A stretch of DNA of 62,955 nt from Chiloscyllium plagiosum (Eukaryota), in NCBI RefSeq assembly GCF_004010195.1, contig NC_057711.1, positions 74,220,870-74,283,824 of the forward strand. Direction: 5' to 3'. The translations under genes and the position numbers were made by a program. The notes beneath the pieces were generated by a model that made no database searches, had not been told where the DNA came from, and saw only the letters and a program-made list of their open reading frames with translations. Of this stretch, positions 59,401 through 62,955 are shown piece after piece. The first letter of the stretch is position 1. Each line of letters opens with the position of its first letter.

Positions 59401-62304
59401 AATCTTGCAGGTTACATAAAATCCTCACCCCCACCCTCTAATAGGTGATCACAATTATCTTGATGAAGGCTGAGGGGTTAGATAATCTGTGGAAATAAAA
59501 ACAGAAAAACTAGGTAAGATTGTTTTATTTCATGCAACAGAGGTAGAAGCTCAGAGTTAAATCAAAATTCACAAGCTGAAATGACACCCAAATCTAATTT
59601 TTTATGGTTTATAGTTTCATATTGTAAAATGTGGACCAAATCTCTTGGGCCCAATTTTCATGCCCTACCATCGCATTTGCATTTACAAACAGGGAAGTAA
59701 TGGGACCACAATAGCATATAAAAATGAAATGTTTAATTAGTATTGAAGCCTAGCCTGTTCCAAGTTTGTTTGTGCCTTCATCCTGCCAGAAACAGGTAAG
59801 AGACTCAGTAAAAGATGGTAATCATGGAAAAATGAAATATTTATGACCTGCAAAGCCATATTTGTTTCTACTCACCAGGTTACGGTTTGCTCCTGCTTTT
59901 GTACATCAAATAGTGGAGTTAGAATTTCGGTGGCAGAAATATTGAATGTTGATTGAAGAGGTCTTTAGCTGCTGTCAAGGGAAGCTGAAAGTATGTTTGG
60001 CACTCATTTTACCTCAATGGTTTATAAAGTTTGATCCTTATTAGGTATTCAACTTTTAATTACCTTACTACAAAATGTTTGCAGGATAGACTATTTTGCA
60101 TGACATTCCAGGGAAGCTATGGTTCAGGTACTTCAAAGGCACAGTTGTATTGATTCTAGGATTCTAATTATTATAATCAACTCCAGTTTAATGTTTTCCC
60201 TTCTAATTGCCATCATGTCATTCTCCCTTGGATATTTATGTGATTAACAAGGATTTACAATATTGTTGGAAGAATAACCTTCAAATGAGAAATTTAACAT
60301 CATAACATCTTTGCAAAATACCAAAACCAATAATTCATATACACAGAAACAGAACACATTGATAAGCCGTTTTGATTGAATTGTTATTGGAATGTTAAAG
60401 TTTTAAAACAGCTGAGTATGTAGGATCCAACAGCTTTGAATTCAGTTATACCTTTATAACCCTGAACGCTATAGTCTATGTAAACAAAGAAGTACTTCCT
60501 TAATATCATTGTTAATTGTAATATAAGGACTGTGCTTCATTCTATTTATGTGCCCACATCAATGCTTGTACAATTGATTAAGTACCACTAAGTGGTTACA
60601 GTATACCAAACTATATGAAACCTAACAGACAGCCTAGAGCTGTGCAGAGTAGCTGAGGAACAATGATGACAGTTGCAGTATTGATGCAGAAATCATGAAA
60701 GATATGATCTGACAGTTACACAATAAAGTCACCTTTTTAACAATCATTGCAGAATAGACTCTGATTTTTTCTTTTGACAGTTTTGAATAGTTTCGTAGCA
60801 GTAAAATCTCTTTATATTTTTGTTGCAAATTTTCCTTTCAATTATTTTTTATTTAGTTCTCTTTCTCTTTCATCCCATGAAGAAAATCTCTCCAACAGTA
60901 GAGAGGAAATTGTGATGCTTTGAAGGTGGCAGCATGATTTATATAACTTATAGAATGTGGAGAGTGGTAATGTTGAGAGGAATTTATCAGGCATATTATT
61001 CTGTGACTTAAATGTCTTGCAACATAGAAAGACTTTTCATTGTGTGATACTGAAAATTTCTCTGACCTGTATATGTCTGAGTGGTGTAGATGTAATACCC
61101 AACTTAATATTTGCAACATATTTCTTTCTTTGCTGCTTGCTTTATGTCTACAAGCAAAATCATCTTGAGACATTTGGGGATGGGAGGATGGTCTCATCAG
61201 CCGGCAGGAAAGCTGACAAAAGATCCCCCACCCACTGTCCCTTCCCCTGAAGGCCGGCTGAAGCACATGCCAATCAGTTAGTAGTGAGGCCATCAGTGTG
61301 TATTCTCCTGGAATCTCCAGGGAGAAGATCCACCTAACAAGTGCTGTCTGTCAGTCAGTGGCTGTCAGCTCTTGTGTAGTATTCATTTGTTCTTGCAGGA
61401 ATTACATAGGATTCCTAGAGTTCCACAATCACAGAAGGCCAAAGACAGAGGTATGCAATGTAGGGGAGGGTTTCTTGGGTTGTGGATCACAGGATGAGGC
61501 ACTTGATGGCAGAAACTCTTCCCCTCTGAAGTGACAATCTGTCAACAAATTAGCATCCATTATGAACATTACATGATGAAAGGACCATCTGCAGCTTAGT
61601 TAATCCCTTTAGTGGATACTTAAAAGTTTAAATTGGTGGAGTAGTGGGAAGGTCAGCAGTGATTCCACACAGAAGTCAATTTTGGTGGAGGCCGGGAGGC
61701 TTCAGGGTGTGTAATAAGCAAAAAGAAGCCTTAATGTATGTGCAGACATCCAACGGTTTAAAGTTGTCGAGACTGGTATGTCATTGTGCAGGTAGCAGTA
61801 TTAGCTTAAATCACAATATAAAGCATTAGGCATGCCAGCAGTCCAGTTATTTAAGTGCCCTTCATGCCTCCATGCTCAACACTACCAGGAGCCAAAGATT
61901 CCACTCTCCTCTTCTTTTAAATTTTTTGTTGGCTTTTGATTTAATTTTTCTTCCTAGCATTTCTCATTAATGAAGAATTTCATTTCTGTTTTGCTTATTC
62001 ATTTCTCTTCAGTGTACAAGTTCCACTCACGTAAAAGTCATTATGCTGTCAATATGAATATACTAAGTATCTTGTACTTTATAATAAAAATTACATTTAT
62101 TATTCATCCCTAACTACTCTTGAGAAAGTGGTAGTGAGATGACTTTATGAACTGCTACATTTAGCATAGGTGCACCCACAGTTCTGTTAGGGAGAGAATT
62201 CCAGGAAGTTGACTCAGCAACAGTGAGGATACAGCAATATATTTCCAAGTCAGAATAATGAGGGACTTGGAGTGGAATTTTCATGTGTGGTGTTCTAATG
62301 TGTC

Positions 62305-62722
62305 TACAAAGGTATCATCTACATATCTGACCCAGATTCAACCCAAACTCTGGGTCAGATAAGTAGATGATACCTTTGTAATCATTAAAAATACAGAAAT
62401 AGAGAACACACACTGGATCATCAACACCACACTCACAGGAATCCGATTCACTAGAGAGGAAGAAAAGGACAACCAACTCCCATTCCTAGACGTGATGGTA
62501 CAGAGAACACTGAATGGAGAATTCACCACAAAGGTATACAGGAAAGCCACACACACAGACCAAGTCCTAAACTACGAAAGCAACCACCCCAACACACATA
62601 AAAGAAGTTGCATCAAGACACTATTCAAAAGGGCCACAACACACTGCAGTACACCAGAACTACAAAAAGAGGAAGAAAAACACCTATACAATATATTCGC
62701 CAAAACGGATACCCCACAATTT
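62305..62722 (+). mobile_element. Penelope RT fragment with 5' hairpin (same family as 31414-32905)
   Basis: QPKLWVR*VDDTFVII...LPFLDV...KVYRKATHTDQVLNYESNHP. 32-bp inverted repeat at 62305-36 and 62349-80. Confidence 0.9.
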
Positions 62723-62724
62723 CA

Positions 62725-62955
62725 TTAGGGATTGTCTGTATGGATTTGCTAGACGACTGTCCTCTGATATTGATGAGGGCCGTGCAGATGATGTGGTTTA
62801 TATGGAGTTCATTAAGGTCTTTGACAAGGTCCCACACGGAAAGCTGGTCCAAAAGGGAAGATCCCATAGGATCAAAGGTAAGATGGTACATTGGCTCCGC
62901 AATTGGTGGAGGGTTAGTTTTGTGATTAAAAGCCTTTGCCCAGCGGGTGTACCAC
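62725..62955 (+). mobile_element. CR1 RT fragment running off the window end
   Basis: IDEGRADDVVYMEFIKVFDKVPHGKLVQK. Confidence 0.75.

Noticed and set aside
61170..61860. Non-autonomous DNA transposon remnant
   Set aside because: The composition is suggestive, but no TIR pair or TSD could be identified.

Overview
AT-rich, CpG-depleted vertebrate genomic DNA, almost certainly from a shark. This is inferred from HE1/V-type SINEs with CR1-derived tails, HER1-like CR1 LINEs and a Deu-domain SINE; the (TCTAA)n SINE tails suggest a bamboo or carpet shark. No host protein-coding gene can be supported, so the window looks intronic or intergenic. It is dominated by nested, decayed CR1 LINEs, at least four families of Penelope-like elements (PLEs), tRNA-derived SINEs, two TA-flanked MITEs and a PIF/Harbinger transposase relic. 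The most notable signals are: (1) about 13 minimal hammerhead-ribozyme motifs in PLE terminal repeats, several inside short TSD-flanked fold-back insertions; (2) a local inverted duplication that starts close to a predicted ribozyme cleavage site; (3) two related loci with head-to-tail arrays of tRNA-like (A/B box) units, one bounded by a TSD-like repeat, which suggests a multimeric Pol III-type retroelement. Boundaries of old elements are approximate. All family assignments come from motif recognition by eye, not from database searches.
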